Source: Eledone cirrhosa
Lineage: Eukaryota
Assembly: GCA_964016885.1 (NCBI GenBank)
Contig: OZ024742.1
Coordinates: 87,296,001-87,360,000, forward strand
Direction: 5' to 3'
DNA length: 64,000 nucleotides
The notes beneath the pieces are model-generated. The model saw nothing but the letters and a program-made list of their open reading frames with translations, made no database searches and was not told the origin of the DNA. How positions within the stretch are numbered: the stretch's first letter is position 1; every line of letters begins with the position of its first letter. Below are positions 50,640 through 64,000 of this stretch, piece by piece. Made by a program: the position numbers and the translations under genes.

Positions 50640-53600
50640 TTGTTGTTGTTATTCCTTGAATCTCAGTCATTGATGTTGGTTAACTGGAAAGTCCGTTGGA
50701 TTGAATATCAAGCCACTACCTGCAGCCTCAGATATTCAGGACGTATCGGAGGGTTCTTGCTGTTCCAAGCAAGCATGCCTTTTGAAGCGTTCCAAAAAGC
50801 GTGAAGGGGCCGATTTTCTTTAACCATCCCCGGAAACTTTTGGAGATAGTCGCCAGTGCGCCTATGACAATCGGGATCACTTTGACTTCATGGCAGTTCC
50901 AAATCCTTTTCACCTCCCACTTTAGGTCCTGGTATCGGTTAATTTTCTCCCTCTCCTTCTCTTGCACTCTCGTGTCGAACGGGCAGGCCACATCCACAAT
51001 CAGGCACGATCTTTTTTCTTTCTCCACAACCACCAGGTCAGGTCAATTGTGTTCCAGTTTTTTGTCCGTCTGTATCCTAAAATCCCCCAGCACCTTCACC
51101 TGATCGTTCTCTATCACCGCCTCTGGCTTATGCTCATACCATTTCTCAGAATGTGGTAGATTGTTTACTTTGCACAGGTGCCAGTGGATCACCCTGCCCA
51201 TCACATCGTGTCTCCAGCCCTTATAGTGGGTCTGGGCTAGGTGTTTACACTCGGACACAATGTGAGCCACAGTCTCCTCTCTCTCTCCATAGATCCTGCA
51301 CAGTGGGCTAGCCTCATCCTTGTAGATATGGTGCTTCAACCACTTCGTTTTGAGGGCCTGCTCCTGCGCAGCCATTAGCATTCCTTCTGTAGCCTTTTTG
51401 AGGTCTCCTCTTCTCAACCAGTTCCATGTCTGTGGATCTCTAAATTCAGTTTTCTCAAAGAAGGTACTATGAAGGGATTTTCCCTTAAGGCTGCTCTTCC
51501 TCCTTGATGTTATTTCCACCTTGGACATCCCCTGGCCTACTGTCCCCTCCTTCAGTACAGTTCTGAGCATTGGCTCCTTACTATAGGTCACGTATTTGTA
51601 TAGGTTGTTTTTCTCCATCTGAACACAGTCCTCTATGCTGATAAGACCTCTTCCACCCTCAGATCTCCTTAGGTAGAGTCTATCGACATCACTCCTCTTG
51701 TGGAACATGTTGTAGATAGTCAATAGCTTCCTAGTCTTCCTATCCATTTCTTTTTGTTCAGCAACATTCCATCTCAGAATTCCCGCACTGTACCTGATAG
51801 TAGACGCAGCTCGGGAATTTACTGCGCTTATGGCATTTCTGCTGTTCAGATGTGACTTCAATACGCTCCTTACTCTCCGAATGTATTCAGTTCTTAACAA
51901 TTCCTTCATTTTTTTGTTCTTTATGCCATCAGCCTCCAGAACGCCCAAATACTTGTATCCTTCCTCAGAGTCAATTTCCTTTATCATCTCACCTGTTGGT
52001 ATATGGATCCCGTTACTTCTGCTCAACCTACCCCTTCTTCATCACAATGACTCCACATTTACCAATACCAAACTGCATACATATATCACTGCTGAAAATA
52101 CGGACAGTGTCAACAAGCACATCCAACTCCTTCTCACTTTTCCCGAAGAGCTTAAGATCGTCCATGAAGAGGAGGTGATTGATGGTAAGCTCTCCCCTTC
52201 CCAACTTGCATCCTGCTCTCACTTTTCGTAGCATAATGGTCAAGGGCATCAGGGCAAGGACAAACAACATAGGGGACAGGCTATCTCCCTGGAATATACC
52301 TCTCTTGATCTTCACGCTTCCCAAGGATACTCCAGTTGATGTCAACTCTGTCTCCCAGGACCCCATACTCCTGCCTAGCAACTGTCTGATGTTATCTGCC
52401 ACCCTGAAGATCTCCAGGCTTTTGGTGATCCAGGAATGAGGCACCATGTCAAATGCCTTTCTGTAGTCTATCCATCCCATGGCAAGATCAGTGTGTCTCC
52501 TCCTGCAATTCCCCATTACCATCTTATCAACAAGCAACTGGTCCTTTGTACCACGTGACTTCTTTCGGCATCCTTTCTGTTCGTCCGGTAACAAGTTGTT
52601 TGTGTGGAGGTGATGGTAGATTTCCTCAGACAAAATGCTCGTCAACAGTTTCCACATTACGGACAGACATGTGATAGGTCTATAGTTGGTAACATCATTA
52701 CCCTTGATTCGGTCTTTCATTATCAGAACTGTGGTACCTTTTGTCAACCACTCTGGCACCTCACCCGACACCAAGCAGTCATTGAACATGGCCGTCAGCT
52801 TCGGGTGGAGGGATGTTAAATGTTTAATCCAATACCCCTGCACACCATCTGGGCCTGGTGATTTCCAGTTGGTTAGTTTTTTGGCCTGCCCCTTAAGAGT
52901 TTCAACTGTGATACTCAAATCAGCTTGTTGCTGTGCCTGCTCACCGATCTCCCTCTGTACTGTCTCAATCCACCCTGCCTGGGCATTGTGTCTAACATCC
53001 TGCTCCCATATTCCTCTCCAGAATGTTTTAGTTTGTTCCGCCCCAGGGATCAAGTCGTTGCCTCTTTCTTTCCCCTCAAGCTGTCCAAACAGCATCTTCT
53101 GGTTGTTGCCGAACATGCGGTTCTGTTTATACTGACTGACTCTGTTCTCGTATCGTCTGATTTTTGCACTCTTTGCTACAATGCGTTGCTTCAATTCCTC
53201 TATGATAATATTTAGCTTTTTACTCCTAGTTTTGTATTTTATTTCCAGTCTATTTTTAGTGCCTATGTTTTTTAGTGTCCCATTCATTAGTGATTCAAGC
53301 TTTCCTATGTCATTTCTCATTTCCCCGATTTGCCCACTCAGTCGCTTCTTCCACCACGGCTCTGCTCTTTCTTGTCTGTTGTTTCCTCTCGCTTTTATAC
53401 CAAGTAGTTTCCTCACCGTATTTGCTGTTGCTTTGAGGATATTGTTGCACTGGTGAAGGTTCCTCGCCTCAAGGTATGGGATGACTTTGTTTACCTTAGC
53501 TGTTGTTTCTTTTAACTTTTTCCTGTCTACAAATCTTAGGTTCATAGGTCTCCCACTATCATTGTTCAATTCATCTACCACTAAATTTTGGATGTCAACC

Positions 53601-53708
53601 GAATGTTGTCCTAGTCCGTCAGCATTCATCTCCTCAGTGGCCGTATCTCTGTTCCAGGTATTATTTATCTCAGTATTTAGATCATTGTCTGCTTCGGGTG
53701 GTTCCTCC

Positions 53709-53710
<2 letters not shown>
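50640..53710 (-). mobile_element. 5'-truncated Dong family B copy with a frameshift and a stop
   Basis: ORFs 52028-53788, 51043-52026 and 50728-51033 are near-identical to the 1130-aa protein. Confidence 0.92.
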
Positions 53711-53757
<47 letters not shown>

Positions 53758-53759
<2 letters not shown>

Positions 53760-55676
53760 GTTATTGTTATTCCTTGAATCTCAGTCATTGATGTTGGTTA
53801 ACTGGAAAGTCCGTTGGATTGAATATCAAGCCACTACCTGCAGCCTCAGATATTCAGGACGTATCGGAGGGTTCTTGCTGTTCCAAGCAAGCATGCCTTT
53901 TGAAGCGTTCCAAAAAGCGTGAAGGGGCCGATTTTCTTTAACCATCCCTGGAAACTTTTGGAGATAGTCCCCAGTGCGCCTATGACAATCGGGATCACTT
54001 TGACTTCATGGCAGTTCCAAATCCTTTTCACCTCCCACTTTAGGTCCTGGTATCGGTTAATTTTCTCCCTCTCCTTCTCTTGCACTCTCGTGTCGAACGG
54101 GCAGGCCACATCCACAATCAGGCACGATCTTTTTTCTTTGTCCACAACCACCAGGTCAGGTCTATTGTGTTCCAGTTTTTTGTCCGTCTGTATCCTAAAA
54201 TCCCACAGCACCTTCACCTGATTGTTCTCCATCACCGCCTCTGGCCTATGCTCATACCATTTCTCAGAATGTGGTAGATTGTTTACTTTGCACAGGTGCC
54301 AGTGGATCACCCTGCCCATCACATCGTGTCTCCAGCCCTTATAGTGGGTCTGGGCTAGGTGTTTACACTCGGACACAATGTGAGCCACAGTCTCCTCTCT
54401 CTCTCCACAGATCCTGCACAGTGGGCTGGCCTCCTCCTTGTAGATATGGTGCTTCAACCACTTCGTTTTGAGGGCCTGCTCCTGCGCAGCCATTAGCATT
54501 CCTTCTGTAGCCTTTTTGAGGTCTCCTCTTCGCAACCAGTTCCATGTCTGTGGATCTCTAAATTCAGTTTTCTCAAAGAAGGTACTATGAAGGGGTTTTC
54601 CCTTAAGGCTGCTCTTCCTCCTTGATGTTATTTCCTCCCTGGACATCCCCTGGCCTACTGTCCCCTCCTTCAGTACAGCTCTGAGCATTGGCTCCTTACT
54701 ATAGGTCACGTATTTGTATAGGTTGTTTTTCTCCATCTGAACACAGTCCTCTATGCTGATAAGACCTCTTCCACCCTCAGATCTCCTTAGGTAGAGTCTA
54801 TCGACATCACTCCTCTTGTGGAACATGTTGTAGATAGTCAATAGCTTCCTAGTCTTCCTATCCATTTCTTTCTGTTCAGCAACATTCCATCTCAGAATTC
54901 CCGCACTGTACCTAATAATAGACACAGCTCGGGAATTTACTGCGCTTATGGCATTTCTGCTGTTCAGATGTGACTTCAATACGCTCCTTACTCTCCGAAT
55001 GTATTCAATTCTTAACAATTCCTTCATTTTTTTGTTCTTTATGCCATCAGCCTTCAGAACGCCCAAATACTTGTATCCTTCCTCAGAGTCAATTTCCTTT
55101 ATCATCTCACCTGTTGGTATCTGGATCCCGTTACTTCTGCTCAACCTACCCCTCTTCATCACAATGACTCCACATTTACCAATACCAAACTGCATACATA
55201 TATCACTGCTGAAAATACGGACAGTGTCAACAAGCATATCCAACTCCTTCTCACTTTTCCCGAAGAGCTTAAGATCGTCCATGAAGAGGAGGTGATTGAT
55301 GGTAAGCTCTCCCCTTCCCAACTTGTATCCTGCTCTCACTTTTCGCAGCATAATGGTCAAGGGCATCAGGGCAAGGACAAACAACAGAGGGGACAGGCTA
55401 TCTCCCTGGAAGATACCTCTCTTGATCTTCACGCTTCCCAAGGATACTCCAGTTGATGTCAACTCTGTCTCCCAGGACCCCATACTCCTGCCTAGCAACT
55501 GTCTGATGTTATCTGCCACCCTGAAGATCTCCAGGCTTTTGGTGATCCAGGAATGAGGCACCATGTCAAATGCCTTTATGTAGTCTATCCATCCCATGGC
55601 AAGATCAGTGTGTCTCCTCCTGCAATTCCCCATTACCATCTCATCAATAAGCAACTGGTCCTTTGTACCACGTGGT
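53758..55676 (-). mobile_element. 5'-truncated Dong family B copy, open frame (602 aa)
   Basis: ORF 53846-55654, TTA tracts on both sides. Confidence 0.92.
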
Positions 55677-55683
55677 AATTATT

Positions 55684-55718
<35 letters not shown>

Positions 55719-55720
<2 letters not shown>

Positions 55721-55985
55721 CAGTTGCATTTATCTTGCTTTATGTTCATACGAGTTATCACCAAGTCACAACCAGTGACCTCAAGAGACAACAAGGTCCG
55801 CCATGTTCAAGAAAGAACATGCATACACACACATGCATCTTTAGTGTTTAGACTTGTTATGTACATATATTGACAGAATCTTCCTTAGTATATAGGCAGT
55901 TCCCATTAGTACTATCTTTTGTACTTCTCCTATACGCGGGTTTCCTGGGATTTGCGATAAGTAATCATTAGACCCCTTATGTATT
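55719..55985 (-). mobile_element. Short 3' fragment of Dong family A
   Basis: Family A 3' UTR cagttgcatttatcttgctttatg. Confidence 0.88.
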
Positions 55986-55994
55986 CATTATTAT

Positions 55995-58647
55995 TGTTAT
56001 TACTCCTTGAGTCTCAGTCATTGATGTTAGTTAACTGGAAAGTTTGTTGGAATGAATATCAAGCCACTACCTGCAGCCCCAGATATTCAGGACGTATAGG
56101 AGGGTTCTTGCTGTTCCCAGCAAGTATGCCTTTTGAAGCGTTCTAAAGAGCGTGAAGGGGCCGATTTTCTTTAACCATCCCTTGAAACTTTTGGAGAGGG
56201 TCCCTAGTGCGCCTATGGCAATCGGGATCACTTTGACTTCATGCCAGTTCGAAATCATTTTTACCTCCCACTTTAAGTCCTGGTATCGGTTAATTTTCTC
56301 CCTTTCCTTCTCTTGCACTCTCGTGTCGAATGGGCAGGCCATATCCACAATCAGGCACGATTGTTTTCTTTGTCCACAACCACCAGGTCAGGTCTATTGT
56401 GTTCCAATTTCTTGTCCGTCTGTATCCTAAAATCCCCCAGCACCTTCACCTGATCGTTCTCTATCACCGCCTCTGGCTTATGCTCATACCATTTCTCAGA
56501 ATGTGGTAAACCGTTTACTTTGCACAGGTGCCAGTGGATCACCCTGCCCATCACATCATGTCTCCAGCCCTTATAGAGAGTCTGTGCTAGGTGTTTACAC
56601 TCGGATACAATGTAAGCCACAGTCTCCTCTCTCTCTCCACAGATCCTGCACAGTGGGCTAGCCTCCTCCTTGTAAATATGGTGCTTCAACCACTTCGTTT
56701 TGAGGGCCTGCTCCTGCGCAGCCATTAATATTCCTTCTGTAGCCTTTTTAAGGTATCCTCTTTTCAACCAGCTCCATGTCTGTGGATCTCTAAATTCAGT
56801 TTTCTCAAAGAAGGTACTATGAAGGAATTTTTCCTGAAGGCTGCTCTTTCTCCTTGATGTTATTTCCTCCTCGGACATCCCCTGGCCTATTGTCCCCTCC
56901 TTAATACAGTTCTGAGCATTGGCTCCTTACTATCAGTCACGTATTTGTGTAGGTTGTTTTTCTCCATCTGAACACATTCCTCTATGCTGATAAGACCTCT
57001 TCCACCCTCAGATCTCCTTAAGTAGAGTCTATCGACATCACTCCTCTTGTGGTACATGTTGTAGATAGTCAATAGCTTCCTAGTCTTCCTATCCATTTCT
57101 TTTTGTTCAGCAACATTCCATCTCAGAATTCCCGCACTGTACCTAATAATAGACACAGCTCGGGAATTTACTGTGCTTATGGCATTCCTGCTGACAGATG
57201 TCAGTTCAATACGCTTATTACTCTCCGAATGTATTCAGTTCTTAACAGTTTCTTCATTTCTCTGTTCTTTATGCCATCAGCCTCCAGGACGCCCAAATAT
57301 TTGCATCCTTCCTCAGAGTCAATTTCCTTTATCATCTCACCTGTTGGTATCTGGATTTCGTTACTTCTGCTCAACCTACCCCTCCTCATCACAATGACTC
57401 CACACTTACTAATACCAAATTGCATACATATACCACTGCTGAAAATACGGACAGTGTCAACAAGCACATCCAACTTATTCTCACTCTTCCCGAATAGCTT
57501 AAGATCGTCCATGAAGAGGAGGTGATTGATGGTAAGCCCTCCCTTTCCCAACCCGTATCCTGCTCTCACCTTTCGCAGTACACTGGTCAGGGGCATCAGG
57601 GCAAGGACAAACAACAGAGGGGACAGGCTATCTCCCTGGATTATACCTCTCTTGATCTTCACGCTTCCCAAGGATTCTCCAGTTGATGTCAACTCTGTTT
57701 CCCGGGACCTCATACTTTTGCCCAACAACTGTCTGATGTTATCTGCCACCTTGAAGATCTCTAGGCTTTTGGTGATCCATTACCATCTTATCAATAAGCA
57801 ACTGGTCCTTTGTACCACGTGACTTCTTTCGGCATCCTTTCTGTTGTTCCGGTAACAAGTTGTTTGTCGGAGGTGATGGTAAATTTCCTCAGACATAATG
57901 CTAGTCAACAGTCTCCACATTACGGACAGACATGTGATAGGTCTATAGTTGGTAACATCATTACCCTTGATTCGGTCTTTCATTATCAGAACTGTGGTAC
58001 CTTTTTATCAACCACGCTGGTACCTCACCTGACATCAAGCAGTCATTGAACATGGTTGTCAGTTTCGGGTGGAGGGATGTTATATTTTTAATCCAATACC
58101 CCTGCACACCATCTGGGCCTGGTGATTTCCAGTTGGTTAGTTTTTTGGCCTGCCCCTTAAGAGTTTCAACTGTGATACTCAAATCAGTTTGTTGGTGTGC
58201 CTGTTCACTGATCTCATTCTGTACTGTCTCAATCCACACTGCCTGGTCATTATGTATAACATCCTGCTCCCATATTCCTCTCCAGAATGTTTTAGTTTGT
58301 TCCGCCTCAGGGATCAAGTCGTTGCCTCTTTCTTTCCCTTCAAGCTCTCCAAACAGCATCTTCTGGTTGTTGTCGAACATGCGGTTCTGTTTATACTGAC
58401 TGACGCTGTTCTCGTATCGCCTGATTTTTGAACTCTTTGCTACAATGCGTTGATTCAGTTCCTCTATGATAATATTTAGCTTTTTCCTCCTAGTTTTGTA
58501 CTTTATTTCCAGTCTATTTTTAGTGTCTATGTTTTTTAGTGTCCCATTCAGTAGGGACTCAAACTTTCCAATGTCATTTCTCATTTCCCTGATTTGACCA
58601 CTCAGTCGTTTCTTCCACCAAGGCTCTGCTCTTTCTTGTCTGTTGTT
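55995..58647 (-). mobile_element. Frameshifted Dong subfamily B' copy
   Basis: ORF pieces from 57961-58680 to 56067-56348, small internal deletion near 57780. Confidence 0.9.
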
Positions 58648-58661
58648 TATTATTATTATTA

Positions 58662-59591
58662 TCTCACATCCCTCGACCAATCGGGCAATGTGATCGGTGG
58701 AAACTCCACCTCGGCGTTCTATAGAGGATTAGTGGAGGGGAAGAGCGACGACGTACTTGGGGAAACTCTAGGCGTCGACGAAAATCAACTAGCCAATCTC
58801 TTCGGAAGAACTTTCGGGCCAGGGCCTATGGACAACTTCCAGAAATCTCTGGCCTGGCAGTGCTACCGAGGAGCCTTGCCAGTTCGGGATAAACTCTACA
58901 GGCATGGAGGTGCCGTCAGCCGGGCATGTCCGAGATGCGCGCAGGGCGACGAAACCGTCCTGCACACACTCGTCCAGTGTCCGAAAATTGCTGACTTGTG
59001 GGTTTATGTCGAACACCTGCTGTCGCGTTTAGGACGGATCCGGCTATCATCTGAGTCCATCGTGAGGATTGCCCCGCCCTCCTCCTTTAGCCGGGAAGGG
59101 CAGGCAGTTTTTATCTGCCTGGTGGCCATGGTGAAAGAGATAGTATGGTGGACACGTTTGAAAGGGCTGAAGACGAGCACTTACCTCTTCGGTGATGCTC
59201 TGATTGACTTTTTCAAATTTCATTTGAAAAGGAAGATCAGAGTAGAGAGGGAAGTGGTCTCTTCCCAGCATTTTGTTGAAAGATGGGTGAGAGAAGCAAG
59301 AATGGCCCGAGTGAATGGGCCTACTCTGAGTATATATCTGTAAATTAAAGGTGGAAAACTGGGAGAGGGCACTTGCCTTGGTGGTCAGGGTCATTGTGGC
59401 TTATTACTAGGCTTTCTCCACAAATGTCCCTCCGAAGTCTGCCCCCTATTGGGGAATTTTTCATTGTTATTTTTTGTTACATCCTCTGTTTTTGTTTTTT
59501 ACACGCAGAAATGCCCATTTGTACCGTCCTGCATTGTCCTGCACTGTCCTTAATGTCTAGTTTATGTAAACCCTTGTGGTTAATAAAGAAA

Positions 59592-59592
<1 letters not shown>
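58662..59592 (+). mobile_element. 5'-truncated L1/Tx1-type element: ORF2 C-terminus (zf-RVT-like) and 3' UTR
   Basis: LAWQCYRGALPVRDKL...CPRCAQGDETVLHTLVQCP...W is the L1/Tx1 ORF2 C-terminal zinc-binding signature. Stop at 59343, then aataaa and a (TTA)n tail. Confidence 0.85.
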
Positions 59593-59641
<49 letters not shown>

Positions 59642-59643
<2 letters not shown>

Positions 59644-60072
59644 AGTTGCATTTATCTTGCTTTATGTTCATACGAGTTATCACCAAGTCACAACCAGTGA
59701 CCTCAAGAGACAACAAGGTCCGCCATGGTCAAGAAAGAACATACATATTCACACATGCATCTTTAGTGTTTAGACTTGTGATGTACTTATATTGACAGAA
59801 TCTTCCTTATTATATGGGCAGTTCGCATTAGTACTATCTTTTGTATTTCTCCTATACGCGGGTTTCCTGGGATTTGCGATAAGTAATCATTAGACCCCTT
59901 AGGTATCATTCCCAGAGCGCCTAGAACCACTGGTATTGTTTTAGATCTCAATTTCCACATTTTTCCCATTTCTATCTCCAGGTCCTTATACTTGCTCAAT
60001 TTTTCAAATGTTTTTATAGATACATTCTTGTCTATTGGAACAGCCATATTAATTAGCAGGCATACCCTCTTT
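59642..60072 (-). mobile_element. Short 3' fragment of Dong family A
   Basis: ORF 59787-60047 (RLE C-terminus). Confidence 0.9.
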
Positions 60073-60091
60073 TATTATTATTATTATTAGT

Positions 60092-60126
<35 letters not shown>

Positions 60127-60127
<1 letters not shown>

Positions 60128-63100
60128 TGCATTTATCTTGCTTTATGTTTATACGAGTTATCACCAAGTCACAACCAGTGACCTCAAGAGACAACAAGGT
60201 CCGCCATGTTCAAGAAAGAACATACATATTCACACATGCATACTTAGTGTTTAGACTTGTGATGTACTTATATTGACAGGATCTTCCTCAGTATATGGTC
60301 AGTTCCCATTAGTACTATCTTTTGTATTTCTCCCATACGCGGGTTTCCTGGGATTTGCGATAAGTAGTCGTTAGACCCCTTAGGTATCATTCCCAGAGCG
60401 CCTACAATCACTGGTATTGTTTTAGTTCTCAATTTCCACATTTTTCCAATTTCTATCTCCAGGTCCTTATACTTGCTCAATTTTTCAAATGTTTTTATAG
60501 ATACATTCTTGTCTATTGGAACAGACATATCAATTAGCAGGCATACCCTCCGTTGAAAGTCCTTCAATATTATATCAGGTCTATTTGCATCTATTTTTCG
60601 GTCTGTTTGGATGCTAAAGTTCCACAAGATTGAGATGTGATCTTTTTCAAGTATGGGAGGTGGTTGATTCTCCCACCAATTCTTTTGATGGGGCAGGTCA
60701 AAATGCTTACACATTATCCAATGTATGTATTGTGCAGCTCTGTCATGCCTGTTTAGGTATTCGGTTGGAGCTATAGGACTGCACATTGAAATTATATGGT
60801 CAATGGTCTCTGGTTGTTTTTTGCATACACGGCATAATGGGCTGCACCCATTTTTTATTATGTTGGCTTGGTAATTTTCTGATCTTGTGCCGATATAATC
60901 AGTCCTTCAGTCTCGGATTTCAGTCCAGAGGATGCCAACCACTGATGGGTTAAAGTTTTGTCAACATCAGGATTGTTAGCTTGCTCTGGGTATTTTCCAT
61001 ACAGAGGCTTTTCTTGCCATTTCTTAGCCAGTTTCTGTAGCAGTTCTTTCTTTGCAGTTACTTTTACCTGCTTTGCTTTTTCTGTGTTTTCCATTTCAGC
61101 AGTAAATGGGACTTCTGAAATGTGTAGTCCATTACTGTATCTTTGTGCATCTTTTGTAATGGAATATGATTTTTTGGTGCTTTCGTGTTTCAAAACGTGT
61201 TTGATCATCCAATCATGTGATTGCCTTAGATATGTGGATAATCCAATTGTTGCAGTTTTCAACGCAATGTCTAACTGGATTAACCCACGTCCTCCTTCTT
61301 TCCTAGGGAGATATATACTATCTATGTCTGCCTTAGGGTGGTGCATTCTGTGCATGGTTAAGAATTTTCGGATTTTTGTATCGAGCCTACGGATCTCTGT
61401 GCTTGACCAGTTGATGACATTGTAACTGTAGGTTACTACTGGTATGGCAAGCGTGTTTATGTTATCGATCCTATTCCTTGCATTCAATTCCGTTCTTAAG
61501 ATTGCTCTGACTCTGCGGTAACATTCCTTCCTTATCCTTTCCCTCATTGTCGAGTGCTTGATTCCGTCTCCTTCACAAACACCTAGATATTTGTAAGTTT
61601 TCTCTTGATCAAGCTCTCTTATCACGTTCCCCCGATCAAGATTAATGTCTGAACTCTTCAGCAGCTTTCCTCTGGTGAACGTTGCTTTGGCGCATTTATC
61701 CAGTCCAAACTCCATTTTAATGTCATCACTGAACTGCTTCACAGTGGATAATAGCCCTTGCAATTGTTCATAATTTTTTGCAAATAGTTTCAGGTCATCC
61801 ATGTAGAACAGGTGATTAATGGTTTTGTCATAGACTCTATATCCATGTTTTGTTTCATTGAGCATTTTACTTAATGGTATAAGCGCGATGCAGAATAAAA
61901 GCGGTGATAAAGAGTCACCCTGAAAAATTCCACAATTAATGTTAACTTCTTCAGCTTCCAGTGATTTTGTTTCACTATTCAAAAGGAGTGTCGTTCTCCA
62001 TGTCCTCATAATGAATGACAAAAACCTCCTGACAACGGGGGATATTTTGAAAATCTCTAAACATTTTTCAATCCAACTGTGTGGCAAACTATCGAATGCT
62101 TTTTTATAATCTATCCAAGCAATCGATAGATTGTTGTGTCTATTATGACAATCTTCCAGTATCATTTTGTTAACCAGAAGCTGATCCTTACAGCCATATG
62201 AGCCTCGTTTACACCCTTTCTGCTCAATGGGAAATAGGACATTTGTTATCAGGTGGTCATATGTGTATTCAGTTAGGACTGATGTTAAAATGTTATACAT
62301 TGTGGTCAAGCAGGTTATCGGTCTGTAATTTTTGGGATTGTTTGTCTCATCATTCTTCGGTAGCAGGAATGTAATGCCGTTAACTAGCCTTGATGGTATC
62401 TTTTCTGTCTCCTTAACTATTTCATTGTAAAGTTGGGCTAACAGCTCATGAGACTCTGTGAAGGCATTTATCCAAAAGTTTTGTATTTTGTCTTTTCCTG
62501 GGGATTTCCATTTGCTGGTTTTTCTTAGAGCCAAGCGCAGCTGTTCACCTGTTATATTTTCCCATGTTTGTTCTTCAAGGTGAGCTGTTTCTTTCATTTG
62601 TATGTCTATCCATGGGGCATGTATGAACTTTTTCTTCGGCCCAGATCTTTTCCCAGAATTCTTGCACTTCCTCCTTGGGTGCTATTGATTTAGCAGTTAT
62701 TGTTGACTTACCAATTTTTCTGTAGAAGTTTCTTTGGTTGTTTTTGAACATATTATTGTCCTTATAGAATCTAGATCGTTCTTCAAAGCGCCTTATACGA
62801 GCAGCTTTGGCCGACACTTTTTGCTTGATTGTTTCTATCAGCATGTCTATGTCACATGTTGATCTTATACTGTACTTTTTTTTTCAATTTTCTAAGTTTA
62901 GTTTGTTTAACATGTTCACCTACATTATAGTTTGTTAACATTTCTATGTCAGATCGGAGAAGGTTTATTTGGCGATTGATGTTATCTTGCCAAGTAGATT
63001 TCTTGTGGGAATTCCTTTGTTTTTTCATCTTCACTCCACATAAGTGAGTGGTGACTTTAACCGATGCATAATAGAGATGATTTAAGTCAGTAATGTTTAG

Positions 63101-63837
63101 TTTGTTTGTGATGATAATGTTTTTGAGAATTATGTTAGTCTTGTGTATTATCTTTTGGTTCTGTTTGGAGTTCTGGATCTTAGGGAGGGTGTCTCGTTGC
63201 CCCATGTCAGATTCTTTCATTTTCATCCATTCGATCATAATTTCATCCTTCAAGTTGGCAAGTTCATTCTCATTCATTTCTTTATCATTTACGATCTCAT
63301 TATTTTCATTTGGAGTTTCATCCTGAGCATGCATCCCTCCACTTTTTCGCTCCTTTCTTTAATTTGTTCTGTTGCCAGTGATTCCGCCCCAACCCTGGGA
63401 TTCGAAGTGTTACAATTTACCTCGTTTTCACTGACACATGCTTCATTTTCCCTTCGCTGACTTTGTGCTACTAGCTTGATCTGATCAATTTCTATATCAC
63501 TTAGTAACTTTTTTCTTACAATATTTCTTCGTATATTGGCTAGTTTGTTACTGTCAATATAGCCTCTGTTTTCGGGATGTTTCTTTTTACAGTTGATATA
63601 TGTTTGTTCTGTATTCGATGTATTTGATGGGTAGTACATGGCAGTGTAGAAAGCCTCAAGGTCTTCTTTATTATCTTCCCTTGACCATCTTTCTCTCTTT
63701 TTCTTTGGATTTCTTGGTGGTGAGCATGGAGGGCCAACAGTAGGAGTATTCCGGTTATGGGAGGTCTCCAGCTCCGAAGTGATGGGAAGGTTTGAACCAT
63801 TAGCTGATTTTTCGACCCCAGTCTGGTTCCTCTCTGA

Positions 63838-63838
<1 letters not shown>
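60127..63838 (-). mobile_element. Nearly full-length frameshifted Dong family A copy lacking the 5' UTR
   Basis: ORF pieces 63289-63838, 62852-63334, 62575-62844, 60858-62597, 60268-60786. Confidence 0.92.
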
Positions 63839-63930
<92 letters not shown>

Positions 63931-63935
63931 CATTG
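63839..63935. repeat. (TTA)n microsatellite
   Basis: Direct reading of the sequence. Confidence 0.95.
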
Positions 63936-64000
63936 TTGTTGATGCTGCTGTTGTTGTTGTTACGAAATTAACAACTCCACCAAGAAGAACACGAATAGCG

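Overview
Eukaryotic, AT-rich, microsatellite-laden DNA. The SINE type and repeat landscape suggest a cephalopod or other mollusc (inference). The window appears to be mostly intron of a + strand gene: one clear phase-1/phase-1 Sushi/CCP exon (19144-19338) and one candidate upstream exon (493-592). Retroelements divide two microsatellite niches. (TTA/TAA)n tracts hold RT+RLE non-LTR retrotransposons of the R4/Dong type (at least 3 families, one intact 1130-aa copy, a ~25-kb head-to-tail array at 38.9-64 kb) plus L1/Tx1-type 3' fragments in the opposite orientation. (TA)n tracts hold Penelope-like elements (RT + GIY-YIG) and many short non-coding tandem or fold-back elements. Reading by eye I found about 12 minimal type-I hammerhead ribozyme motifs (intact or decayed) in these. 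Four unrelated families share an atypical U.U at the stem II closing position, and one ~425-nt tandem unit looks like a retrozyme/circRNA template. All alignments and folds were done by eye, and element boundaries are approximate.
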